Positions 51,402-60,558 of a DNA stretch of 64,000 nucleotides are shown piece after piece. The DNA is from a bacterium (lineage in GTDB: Bacteria; Myxococcota_A; Bradymonadia; UBA7976; UBA1532). Position 1 is the stretch's first letter, and every line of letters begins with the position of its first letter. Position numbers and translations under genes: made by a program. The stretch spans positions 1,336 through 65,335 of the forward strand of contig JAUHXC010000051.1 of assembly GCA_030427205.1 (NCBI GenBank). Reading direction: 5' to 3'. The notes under the pieces were generated by a model that made no database searches, was not told the origin of the DNA, and saw only the letters and a program-made list of their open reading frames with translations.

Positions 51402-52832
51402 ATGAAGTTGTTCTTGCAAGCGATGGGTCTCGGGGCCGTGATGATCGGCACCAGCGGGTGTCTGCCCGAGGATCTCGCCGACGAGCTCTTCGGCGGCGGG
51501 GACAACCCCGCCGACTGCCTCACCATCGCCGAGCAGGACTTCGAGTCCTGCGTGCGGGACGGCGACCTGGAGGCCTGCGAGGCGGCGCTCGACGAAGCGC
51601 TGACGGCCTGCGGCGAAGTGATCGAAGAGAACCTGCCCCCGCGGGACGAGCCGGGCGACGAAGGCGACGGCGAAGGCATCGACGAGGGCGAGGGCCCCGA
51701 CGGCGAAGGCATCGACGAGGGCGCCTGCTTCGAAGAGGCCGACCGGGTCTTCCAGAGCTGCATCGAAGAGGGCGCCGACGAAGAGGCGTGCATCGGCGAG
51801 TTCGAGGGCGTGCTCGACGCCTGCTTCGGCGAGCACAGCGAGCCCGGCGAAGGCCCCGACGAAGGCTGGGGCCACGACGGCGCCGACGGCGAGGCGATCG
51901 ACGCCTGCCTGCGTGAAGCCGAGACCGACTTCGAACTGTGCCTCGCCGACGACCAGGAGGGTGAGTTCGACATCTGCGCCGATGCCTTCGATCGCGCCCT
52001 GGAGGCCTGCTTCGAAGGCGAGGGCGACTGGGGCGAGGGCGACTGGGGCGAGGGCGACTGGGGCGAGGGCGACTGGGACGAGGAGTGCCCCGACGAGGTG
52101 CCGGGCGAAGACGGCTGGGGCCACGACGGACCCGACGGCGACTGGGGCGATGACGCCGAGATCGACGCCTGCCTCGAAGAGATCGACGCGCTGGCCCGCG
52201 ACTGCTTCGAGAACAACGACGACCCCCGCGAGTGCGAGGCCCTGATCGACGAAGGTCTGCGCGCCTGCTTCGGCGACGCGGGCGGCGAAGAGCCCGGCGA
52301 CGGCGACTGGGGCCACGACGGCGACGGCGACTGGGGCGAAGGGGATGACATCGACGCCTGCCTCGAAGAGATCGACGCCCGCGTCCGCGACTGCTTCGAG
52401 AACAACGACGACCCCCGCGAGTGCGAGGCCCTGATCGACGAGGGCTTCGAGCGCTGCCTCGGCGAGGGCGGCGACCTGCCCGACGAGGGCCCCGCCGACG
52501 AGGGCCCCGCCGACCCGGTCGAGGCCTGCATCGAGCGCGCCGAGGGCGGCTTCTTCGCCTGCCTCGAAGAGGGCGGCGACCCCTGGGACTGCGAGATGAG
52601 CGCGCAGGATGCCTTCGAGGCCTGCCTCGCCGACCTCGACGGCGGCTGGGACGAGGGCGAGCACGCCAACGGCGGCGAAGGCGGCGACCGCCCGGCCGAT
52701 CCCATCGCCGAGTGCCTCGAAGAGGTCGACGCCGCCCACCGCGCCTGCATCGAGTCCGGCGAGCGCCCCCGCCGCTGCAACCGCCAGGCCGACGACGCCG
52801 CCCGCGCCTGCTTCGACAGCGCCGGGCTCTGA
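51402..52832 (+). CDS. Highly acidic lipoprotein with seven twin-CX10C modules and EGDWG repeats
   Basis: GAGGAG RBS, lipobox TSGC, seven C-x10-C...C-x10-C units, four 15-bp EGDW(G) repeats near 52020-52079. Confidence 0.8.
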   Translation: MKLFLQAMGLGAVMIGTSGCLPEDLADELFGGGDNPADCLTIAEQDFESCVRDGDLEACEAALDEALTACGEVIEENLPPRDEPGDEGDGEGIDEGEGPDGEGIDEGACFEEADRVFQSCIEEGADEEACIGEFEGVLDACFGEHSEPGEGPDEGWGHDGADGEAIDACLREAETDFELCLADDQEGEFDICADAFDRALEACFEGEGDWGEGDWGEGDWGEGDWDEECPDEVPGEDGWGHDGPDGDWGDDAEIDACLEEIDALARDCFENNDDPRECEALIDEGLRACFGDAGGEEPGDGDWGHDGDGDWGEGDDIDACLEEIDARVRDCFENNDDPRECEALIDEGFERCLGEGGDLPDEGPADEGPADPVEACIERAEGGFFACLEEGGDPWDCEMSAQDAFEACLADLDGGWDEGEHANGGEGGDRPADPIAECLEEVDAAHRACIESGERPRRCNRQADDAARACFDSAGL

Positions 52833-53000
52833 TCGCGGTCCCCCGCCGATACCGCCCGCCCTGCCCCCCGCGACTCTACAGCTCGACGCGCTCGATGCCT
52901 CGTCGAGCACGCAGAGAGCACCCGTCGCGGTCTCGACGCAAACATCCCCGCCCATCTCGTCGCCGCACTGCGATACTACAGCGGGCGGTCGCCGGGCCCG

Positions 53001-53876
53001 TCACGGCGGGCACTCGCAGTCGAGGCGGCGCGGCTCGGGATCACAGACCACCTCACACGCGCAGCAGTCGAGGCCATCACCGGTGACGCACCCGGCGAGG
53101 CGCTCGGCGACGGCGGTGCCATCCGCCGGCAGCAGCACCGCCACGAGGCCCGTACCCGGCGCGGGGCCGCCGCAATACGCGGGCAGCTCGGCGCCCACGA
53201 AGAGCGTGCCGCCGTCGTCGACCACCCAGCGCACATGGGTCTCGGGCGACTCCCGCGTCGGATAGAGCGCCAGCCGCCATGCGGCCCAGTCGACCCCCGA
53301 CGGCTCGGGCATGGCATCGCCGAAGCAACGCTGCAGGGCGAAGAACGAGGGATCATCGGTGATCACGACCGGGCCCAGATCTTCGATGGGCAGTTGGCAG
53401 CGATCGGCGATGTGCACCCGCGCGCGGTCGAAGCCGTCGTCGAAGCCCGTGCTGACGACCTCGTAGGGCACCGGCACCCCGTCCGGGTGCCCCCGCCCCG
53501 CCGGCGAGCAGTCGGGCTCGGGCGGCACGAAGATACAGGCGCCCGCGTCCGGCGCGGCGTCCGGCGGCAGGGCGTCCGGCGGCAGGGCGTCCGGCGGCAG
53601 GGCGTCCGGCGGCAGGGCGTCCGACGGTGCGCCGTCGAGCAGCGCGCCGTCGAGCAGCGCGCCGTCGAGCAGCGCGCCGTCGAGCAGCGCCATATCGAGC
53701 CGCGGATCGACCCGGCTGTCCCGCGCGGCGTCGGCCGCCGCGTCCGTCGCGGCAGCATCTGTCGCGGCAGCGTCGGTCGCGGGGTCGAGCACGCTGTCGG
53801 GGCCATCGTCGCAGGCCGCCAACCCCACAATGAGCCAGACCGTACCCAGAGAACGAAGCAGACTGCGGGAAACCAT
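53001..53876 (-). CDS. Lipoprotein with Asp-Ala-rich pentapeptide repeats
   Basis: GGAGG RBS, lipobox LAAC, (ALLDG)4 and (ALPPD)4 15-bp repeats, Cys-rich C-terminus. Confidence 0.75.
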   Translation of the reverse strand: MVSRSLLRSLGTVWLIVGLAACDDGPDSVLDPATDAAATDAAATDAAADAARDSRVDPRLDMALLDGALLDGALLDGALLDGAPSDALPPDALPPDALPPDALPPDAAPDAGACIFVPPEPDCSPAGRGHPDGVPVPYEVVSTGFDDGFDRARVHIADRCQLPIEDLGPVVITDDPSFFALQRCFGDAMPEPSGVDWAAWRLALYPTRESPETHVRWVVDDGGTLFVGAELPAYCGGPAPGTGLVAVLLPADGTAVAERLAGCVTGDGLDCCACEVVCDPEPRRLDCECPP

Positions 53877-54003
53877 GGGCGCCTCCGAGCGTGATGCGTG
53901 CGGCTTCGAGCCAGCAGACGGATGAGCAGCGCTCGGCTTACCCCCCTGCCCGGCCGCGGCGGCGACCCTGGCCGTCGACGGCCGACCGCTATACCATCAT
54001 CCC

Positions 54004-54444
54004 ATGATCCGCACCCCGGCCATGCCCCGCGCGCCCTTGCTCGCCGCCATCGCGCTCGCCGGCTGCAACCAGACCGAGGTCCTGCGCAGCGACGGCTGGC
54101 TCTACACCGGCACCATCGCCGCCGCCGACAGCGAGACCGTGACGCTGCGCGGCGAGCGCGGCGTCGTCGTCATCCCCCGCGGCGAGGTCGTGCACCATGC
54201 GCTGCCCGGCAGCACCCGTATGATCGTCGGCGGCAGCGCGGCGGTGCTCGGCCTGCTGAGCTTCGGTGAGGCGATCGACGCGTCCAACCCGACGGGCAGC
54301 TACGTCAGCGGCGCGGTCTGGCTCGGCGTCGGGCTCGGCCTCGGCCTGTGGGGCCTGCTCGACTGGCGCAGCGCCCGCGCCACCTGGCAGGGCGAAGCCG
54401 ACGACGTCACCTGGACCGGCGACCGCCTCGTGGTGCGCTTCTGA
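54004..54444 (+). CDS. Small lipoprotein with two TM segments
   Basis: Lipobox LAGC, small beta domain, hydrophobic hairpin, terminal LVVRF. Confidence 0.65.
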   Translation: MIRTPAMPRAPLLAAIALAGCNQTEVLRSDGWLYTGTIAAADSETVTLRGERGVVVIPRGEVVHHALPGSTRMIVGGSAAVLGLLSFGEAIDASNPTGSYVSGAVWLGVGLGLGLWGLLDWRSARATWQGEADDVTWTGDRLVVRF

Positions 54445-55013
54445 TGCCTCGCGCACTGCCCCACGCGCCGACCCGCGCACTGCCCCTCGCACTGCCCCGC
54501 ACCCTGCTCGGCGCCGTCGTCTGCGCCGGCCCGCTCGCCGCCTGCGGATCCTCCACCCTCGAAGTGCAGATCGAGCGGGACGACGGCGCGCTGCTCGTCG
54601 GCGAGCCCATCGGCGGCGACGCCGAGCACGTCTGGGTCTACGAGCCGCGCACCGCCCAGCGGGTGGTCGTGCCCCGCGCGCGCATCACCGACATCGAAGG
54701 CGGCGGCGGCGCCCGCATCTGGCTCGGCGGCGCGTTCATCGGCTGGGGCGCCCTGATGCTGACCGGGGGCATCGTGGCCATCGCCAGCGCCGAGGCGGCA
54801 GCCGAGGGCGAATCATCGAGCGCCAACGGCCTCGCCGCCCTGCTCGGGCTCGCCGGCGCCATCACCGGCCTCGGCATCGGGCTGCCCATCCTCAACGCCG
54901 GCCGCGCGCAGCGCGCCGCCGCCGAGGCCGCGCTCTCACCCGAGGCGGGCCCGCCGCCCGACCCGCCGACGACGCTCTACCTCGCGCCCAACGGGTTGAC
55001 GGTCACCTTCTGA
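54444..55013 (+). CDS. Small lipoprotein with two TM segments (same architecture as the previous gene)
   Basis: TGATG coupling, lipobox LAAC, VVVPR motif shared with VVIPR, terminal LTVTF. Confidence 0.65.
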   Translation: MPRALPHAPTRALPLALPRTLLGAVVCAGPLAACGSSTLEVQIERDDGALLVGEPIGGDAEHVWVYEPRTAQRVVVPRARITDIEGGGGARIWLGGAFIGWGALMLTGGIVAIASAEAAAEGESSSANGLAALLGLAGAITGLGIGLPILNAGRAQRAAAEAALSPEAGPPPDPPTTLYLAPNGLTVTF

Positions 55014-55800
55014 CCGCCTCGATCAGTCCCGCCGGCGGCAGCAGATCGGCCGCGCTTATCGTGAAGTCGACCCGCGGATAGACGAAGCCGACCTCCCGGT
55101 TCTCCTGTCCGCGCAGCCGGTAGAACGTGCGCCGCTGCGTCTCGTCGGCGAGCGTCAGCCGGCGCCCATCGGCGAAGCGCGGCCCGTCGTCCCCGAAGCG
55201 GATGTGGGTCTTCGACGACCGCAACGTGAGCCCCAGCCAGCGGTTGTCCGGCGCGGCCCCGTCCCCCGAAGACCGGGCCTGCGACCGCAGCACGATCCGG
55301 TGCACGTGCCGCGCGTTGACGTCCAGCGAGAAGACCACCGCGGTGTCGTGCTCGAGCACGATCGACGCCTCGGCCCGGCTGACCTTGTCCCGGATCTCCA
55401 GCGTACGCCGCGCCGAGGCATCCAGTGGGCGCTCGTAGCAGGTATAGACCGCGATGAGAGAGCCCGGCGCGAGGTCCAGCGCCTGATCGCAGTGATAGCC
55501 CATCTTGCAATAGGCCCGGTCGTAGATCTCGATGAGCGCGTTGTCGAAGGCCGCCCCCTCGGTGGCGCCGACCGCCGCCCGAACCGCCGCCGCCGCCTGC
55601 CGATGCGCCGCCGAGAACCGCCCCGCCGGCCGGCTGTAGCGGCTCGTCGTGCGCACCAGCGGCACGCCGCGCGGGCTCACATCCACCAGATGCGTGCCCA
55701 GCCGGCCCGGGGCGACATCCTCGAAGTCGACCCCCGCCGACAGCGCCGCGAAGGCATCCGCGCCCAGACCGATGGCATACCGCCGAAAGCCGTCGTGCAC
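55003..55800 (-). CDS. AlkB-like 2OG-Fe(II) dioxygenase
   Basis: NALIEIY, MGYHCDQ (HxD), HVHRI (distal His), RWLGLTLR. Confidence 0.8.
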   Translation of the reverse strand: MHDGFRRYAIGLGADAFAALSAGVDFEDVAPGRLGTHLVDVSPRGVPLVRTTSRYSRPAGRFSAAHRQAAAAVRAAVGATEGAAFDNALIEIYDRAYCKMGYHCDQALDLAPGSLIAVYTCYERPLDASARRTLEIRDKVSRAEASIVLEHDTAVVFSLDVNARHVHRIVLRSQARSSGDGAAPDNRWLGLTLRSSKTHIRFGDDGPRFADGRRLTLADETQRRTFYRLRGQENREVGFVYPRVDFTISAADLLPPAGLIEAVRR

Positions 55801-55810
55801 CCGCGCCCCC

Positions 55811-57022
55811 TCAGTGGATCGGCTTCTGATAGTCGCCGGCGTTCATGCTGAAGCGCACGTCCCCATAGCGGATGACATCGGCGGTGCTGTTCTCCTCGAA
55901 GTAGCGGCTGCGCAGCGCGGCCAGCGTCTCGCGGGTCATCGGCTGCAGCGCGATCAGCCGCCCGTCCTCTTCGAGCCAGGTCCGCCCGTCCATGAACCGC
56001 GCCTCGGCTTTCGAGCAGCGCACCACATAGCCCATGCGGGTCGGGATGCGCTCGGCGTTGAGCACCGGCGGCTGGATCGCGTGGGTATACAGCCGGTTGG
56101 TCGACAGGGGGATGATGAACACCGAGTTGGGATACAGCGTGACCGAGAAGCCCTCGACGAGGCCCGGCGCGTCGACGCCGCCCTTGAGCCTGAAGTCGAG
56201 GCGCGTCAGCCCGCTGCGTGTCTTGTAGCGCCAGTCGTATACATCGTCGGCGCCCGGCTCGAGCCCGGCGAACCCGCCCGGATCGTAGAACGTGCAGAAC
56301 GCGATCAGCCCATCGGCGCGCATGTCCTTCGTCTTGTCCGAGTGGCGGCTGATGCGCGCCTTGCGCTCGCGGCTGCCCGGCCCGTCGCTGGGGCGGTTCT
56401 CGTAGATCTGCGCCAGCACGTGGTTCAGATCGGTCTTCTGCTCGAACACCTCGTCCGCCGCCCGCTGCAGCGCGCCGAGGATCAAACGATCGGTCGCCCG
56501 CAGGTTGTCGGTCGGCCCGTCGAAGTTGCTGGAACAGCGCAGCAGCCGATGGCGCAGCACCTCGCGCCCGTCCGCCGTCACCTCGCGGGCGACGTCGGTC
56601 AGGTAGATGCCCGTGCGCAGCGCCTTCGAGCGCTTGGTCGACTCGGTCAGGTTCTGGAACCGATGCTCGCCGCGGATGCGATCGAAGAGGTCGGGCTCAT
56701 CGAAGAAGCGGCGATACAGCACCCCGACCCGGTGCACCTGCAGCGGCACCCGCCCGACGCCGACGACCGCGACGCCCGGCCGCGCATCCACGTGCGTCGA
56801 CAGCTCGCGAATGACCCGCACGTCCTTCGGCTCGGCGCCCAGCAGGCGGATGTCCCCGCAGGCATACACCGCCCGCCGATTCGCCACGTCGACGCCATCG
56901 ATCCCATGCGCCACCTCACCGCAGAAGCGCTCGACGACGTGCGCCAGCGCCGCGGACGGCGGCGGCTCGCCCAGCACCAGCAGCAGGTTCTGCGTCAGCG
57001 AGATGGCGTTCTCGGCAGACAT
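55811..57022 (-). CDS. AlkB-like 2OG-Fe(II) dioxygenase (longer paralogue)
   Basis: NHVLAQIY, ISRHSDK (HxD), YTHAI, RMGYVVR. ATG 57022 with GGAGG RBS. Confidence 0.75.
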   Translation of the reverse strand: MSAENAISLTQNLLLVLGEPPPSAALAHVVERFCGEVAHGIDGVDVANRRAVYACGDIRLLGAEPKDVRVIRELSTHVDARPGVAVVGVGRVPLQVHRVGVLYRRFFDEPDLFDRIRGEHRFQNLTESTKRSKALRTGIYLTDVAREVTADGREVLRHRLLRCSSNFDGPTDNLRATDRLILGALQRAADEVFEQKTDLNHVLAQIYENRPSDGPGSRERKARISRHSDKTKDMRADGLIAFCTFYDPGGFAGLEPGADDVYDWRYKTRSGLTRLDFRLKGGVDAPGLVEGFSVTLYPNSVFIIPLSTNRLYTHAIQPPVLNAERIPTRMGYVVRCSKAEARFMDGRTWLEEDGRLIALQPMTRETLAALRSRYFEENSTADVIRYGDVRFSMNAGDYQKPIH

Positions 57023-57142
57023 CGCGGCCTCCCCGGGTCGATACGCGGACGAGGCTACAAGGTCCGACGACGCGGGGCGAGGGGCGGTCACTCAGAGCGT
57101 CGAGTAGGACCCGTCGACGCGCCCCCGTCGTCTCCGCGGGCC

Positions 57143-60100
57143 TCAGCCGACGCCGGCCGAGTAGTCCACGCCCACCGCCGCGTTGAATCCGCGCACGATC
57201 GAGATGATGTCATCCGCCGCGTCGTCCCCGAAGACGCCGTCCAGCCCGTCCGGGTGGCGATCGGTGAACGGCGGCTCGTAGAGCAGCCCGGGATCCATCG
57301 TGCCGTTGCGGGTCAGCCAGTCGACGATCATGTCCACGAAGCGCACCTGATCGGCGGTGAAGCCGCTGTCCGCCGCGTAGCGCCCGAACGCCGCCTTTGC
57401 CGCCGCGCGATCGAGCCCCACCAGCCCGCGGATGAAGCGCGGCAGCGAGAGATCCTTGCCGAACACCTGCTCGAACTGCGCGCGGCTGCCCACCGCCTGC
57501 TCGTCGAAGAGCATGCCTTCCAGCGCCGTCAGATCGGTCGGCGTCAGCGGCTGATTGCGCCGCAGCTTGGCGATGGATACGTGGTCCTGATTGTCGCGCA
57601 CGATCTGCTGCACCTTCTTGCGGTACTGCCCCGGGCTGAAGCCCGTCTGGCGCAGCGGCACCTCGACGCCGTCGATCACCTGATGATCGGCGAGCGGATC
57701 GGGCAGGTCGGTATAGACCGGCGGCCGGGCCTTGCGCTCGATGAACTGCACCAGCCCGCGCAGCCGCCGACGCATGTCGTCGATCGACTTCAGGTCGATA
57801 TCGGTCCACCAGTCGACGCTCTGCACCGCCGCGATCAGCGCCAACTCCTTGTTCACCATCGGGATGGTCGCCAGCTCCTCCAGCCGACTCGCCAGATCGC
57901 GCACCCGATCGCGGAAAGCCACGAACGCCTTCGAGCCCTCGAGCCGGGCGATCATCAGCCGATAGCCCAGCAGATCGAACTGCAGCGCCTCGAACGGCTC
58001 CGCGGGCAAGCCATCGGGCAGATCCGCCAGCCGGGAGACCTGCTCGATGTCGGCGTCCGAGAGATCGTCCCACCGCTCACGGACCGCGAACGCCTCCACC
58101 GTCGGCCGCTCGCGGCGCACGAGGTAGTTGTCGAGGGTCATCGACGCCACCTGCGCGTGCAGGCCGTTCAACAACTGTCCGGCCAGCGCCTGCGCATCGT
58201 CGCCGCTCTGCCCCTTCAGCCGCTGCGCCAGCCCCAGCCGCGCGGTGAAGACCCGGGCGCCCACCGACTCCACCGGCCGCGGCCCCTGCCCCGGCAGATC
58301 TTCGGCGAAGTACTCGAAGTTGCCGCACAGGTCGAAGACCAGGAAGCACGCCTTGTCTTTGCCCGGCCCGTTCAGATCGGGGCACAGCCGGGTGCCGCGC
58401 CCGATCATCTGGTTGAACTTCACCCGCGAGTACACCGGCTTGAAGAACACCAGGTTGACGCACTCGGGCACGTCGACGCCGGTGTCGAGCATATCCACCG
58501 AGATGGCGATCGTCGGCGCTTTGCCCGGCGTGGCGAAGTCATCGAGCAATGACTGCGCGTGGCTCACCTTCGATGTGATCACCTGCGCGAAGTGACTCGC
58601 CCACTTGGGGTACGCCTTGTCGAACCGCTTCGCGATGAAGTTCGCGTGATCCTGATTGCGGGCGAAGACGATCGTCTTGCCCAGGCGCTGGCCGTCGTCG
58701 ATCTTCAGCCCGCGCTGCATCAGCAGCTCGATCGCCCGGTCGACGGTCTCGACGTTGAAGAGCCACTTGTTGATCGCCGCCGCGTTCACCTCGTCGGGGA
58801 CCTCGTCAGTCTCCTCGTCGCGCAGCTTGTCCTCGTACTCCGCCTTCGCCTCGTCCGACAGCTCGGCGTACTTGATGCCCCGCCGCAAGAACGCGAAGGG
58901 CACGCTCACGCCCCGCGGCGGCACCAGGTGCTCGTCGAGGATGGCCTCGTCCAGCTCGTAGAACGCCGTCGGCACCCCCGGCTCGAGGTCGAAGACCCGA
59001 TAGGTATCGCGCTCGACTTCATCCCGCGGCGTCGCCGTCAGCCCCACCAGCAGCCCGTCGAAGTAGTCGAACAGCGCGCCGTACTTCTTGTAGATCGAGC
59101 GGTGGGCCTCGTCGACGATGACCAGATCGAAGTGCCCCGGCCCGAACGCTGCCCGTCCCTCGGGCTCGACCACCCGGTTGAACATCGTCGGGTACGTCGA
59201 CAGCACCACCGTCGCCGCGACGCCGCCCTTGTCTTGGGTGATGTCGACCGCCGTCGCCGCCGGAAGGTGCTTGGTGAACGCCCGCTTCGCCTGCCGCAAG
59301 AGCGCGTTGCGATCGGCGAGGAACAGCACCCGCTTCACCCAGCCGGCCCGCTTGAGCAGGTCGACCAGCGCGATGGCCGTGCGGGTCTTGCCGGTGCCGG
59401 TGGCCATCACCAGCAGCGCCTTGCGCCCGCGCTTGTCGAACACCTCGGTGATGCGGCGGATGGCTTCGAGCTGATACGGCCGCCCGGCGATCTCGGCGTC
59501 GGGCAGCACCAGCGACAGGCGCTTGGCGTTCGCCCGGCGGTAATGCAGCCGCTCCAGCTCGGCGCGGGTGTAGAAGCCGGCCACCGGGCGCTTCACGTAG
59601 CGCGCGTCGTCCCAGATCCAGTGTGCGTGCCCGTTGGTGAGGAAGATCACCGGCCGCCGCCCGAAGCGCTTCTCCAGGCAGTCGGCGTAGAGCTTCGCCT
59701 GATGGGCGCCGACGTCGGGCCCCTTGCGGCTGCGCTTGGCCTCGACCAGCGCCAGCGGCCGGCCGTCGGCGCCCCACAAGACATAGTCGACGAAGCCGCG
59801 GCCGCTGGCGCCCGGCTTCAGCTTCGGCATGCCCTCGACCTCGTACTCGGCGACGTTCGGGCCCTCGGGATCCCAGCCGGCCTCCACCAGCAAGCCGTCG
59901 ATGAAGCGATCGCGGGTCTGCGCCTCGTCGTAATCGTGGGCCGCCGCCTGCGGCACGTTGGCCGCCTTGAGCGCCGCCACCTGCGCCTTGAGCGCCGCCA
60001 CCTCGGCCTCGGTCTGCTGGCGCCGCTCGGCCTCGATGCGCGCCATCTCGTCGGAGGCCGCCAGCCGCTTCTCCAGCGCCGCGACCGCCGCCCGATCGTC

Positions 60101-60547
60101 CACCGGCGCCGCCTGCGGCCGGGGCAAGAGCGCCGGGTCGAAGGCGCGGTCGGCCAGCTCGACGTCTGCCGGCGCGTACATGCGCGCGACCCAGAAGAGG
60201 AAGTGGAAGAGATCGCGCACCGCCTGCAGCGCGTCGGCCAGCTTGGGCGCGCGGGCCTCGTGGGCCGCCTTGTTGCCCAGCTGCTGGATGAGCCGCACCT
60301 TGTCGAAGACGGCCCGCGGCAGGTTGTCGCGGAAGCTCTGCTCGTGGATCAGCGCGCCCAGGCCGCGATCGTAGGGCATGCGCAGGTCGGGGTCGTGGCG
60401 GTAGAGCCAGTGGCAGGTGCGTTCGAGGGCGAAGCGCGCCTGGAAGCACGCCAGCCGCGGGGAGCGGTGGACCTGAGCCTCGGCTTCGGCGGCGGCGACG
60501 AAGAGGTCGCGGTGGCGCGCGGCGAGGAAGTCGAAGTTCGAGGCCAT
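57143..60547 (-). CDS. hsdR: Type I restriction enzyme R subunit (EcoAI/EcoEI-like)
   Basis: VDYVL..LVEAK nuclease motif, MATGTGKT, IVDEAHRS, LTATP, QMIGRGTRL. Confidence 0.95.
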   Translation of the reverse strand: MASNFDFLAARHRDLFVAAAEAEAQVHRSPRLACFQARFALERTCHWLYRHDPDLRMPYDRGLGALIHEQSFRDNLPRAVFDKVRLIQQLGNKAAHEARAPKLADALQAVRDLFHFLFWVARMYAPADVELADRAFDPALLPRPQAAPVDDRAAVAALEKRLAASDEMARIEAERRQQTEAEVAALKAQVAALKAANVPQAAAHDYDEAQTRDRFIDGLLVEAGWDPEGPNVAEYEVEGMPKLKPGASGRGFVDYVLWGADGRPLALVEAKRSRKGPDVGAHQAKLYADCLEKRFGRRPVIFLTNGHAHWIWDDARYVKRPVAGFYTRAELERLHYRRANAKRLSLVLPDAEIAGRPYQLEAIRRITEVFDKRGRKALLVMATGTGKTRTAIALVDLLKRAGWVKRVLFLADRNALLRQAKRAFTKHLPAATAVDITQDKGGVAATVVLSTYPTMFNRVVEPEGRAAFGPGHFDLVIVDEAHRSIYKKYGALFDYFDGLLVGLTATPRDEVERDTYRVFDLEPGVPTAFYELDEAILDEHLVPPRGVSVPFAFLRRGIKYAELSDEAKAEYEDKLRDEETDEVPDEVNAAAINKWLFNVETVDRAIELLMQRGLKIDDGQRLGKTIVFARNQDHANFIAKRFDKAYPKWASHFAQVITSKVSHAQSLLDDFATPGKAPTIAISVDMLDTGVDVPECVNLVFFKPVYSRVKFNQMIGRGTRLCPDLNGPGKDKACFLVFDLCGNFEYFAEDLPGQGPRPVESVGARVFTARLGLAQRLKGQSGDDAQALAGQLLNGLHAQVASMTLDNYLVRRERPTVEAFAVRERWDDLSDADIEQVSRLADLPDGLPAEPFEALQFDLLGYRLMIARLEGSKAFVAFRDRVRDLASRLEELATIPMVNKELALIAAVQSVDWWTDIDLKSIDDMRRRLRGLVQFIERKARPPVYTDLPDPLADHQVIDGVEVPLRQTGFSPGQYRKKVQQIVRDNQDHVSIAKLRRNQPLTPTDLTALEGMLFDEQAVGSRAQFEQVFGKDLSLPRFIRGLVGLDRAAAKAAFGRYAADSGFTADQVRFVDMIVDWLTRNGTMDPGLLYEPPFTDRHPDGLDGVFGDDAADDIISIVRGFNAAVGVDYSAGVG

Positions 60548-60558
60548 GGGTGCTCCGT

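Noticed and set aside
51090-52955. Two roughly 600-aa minus-strand ORFs
   Set aside because: Mirror frames of the acidic repeat lipoprotein, which has the RBS and lipobox.
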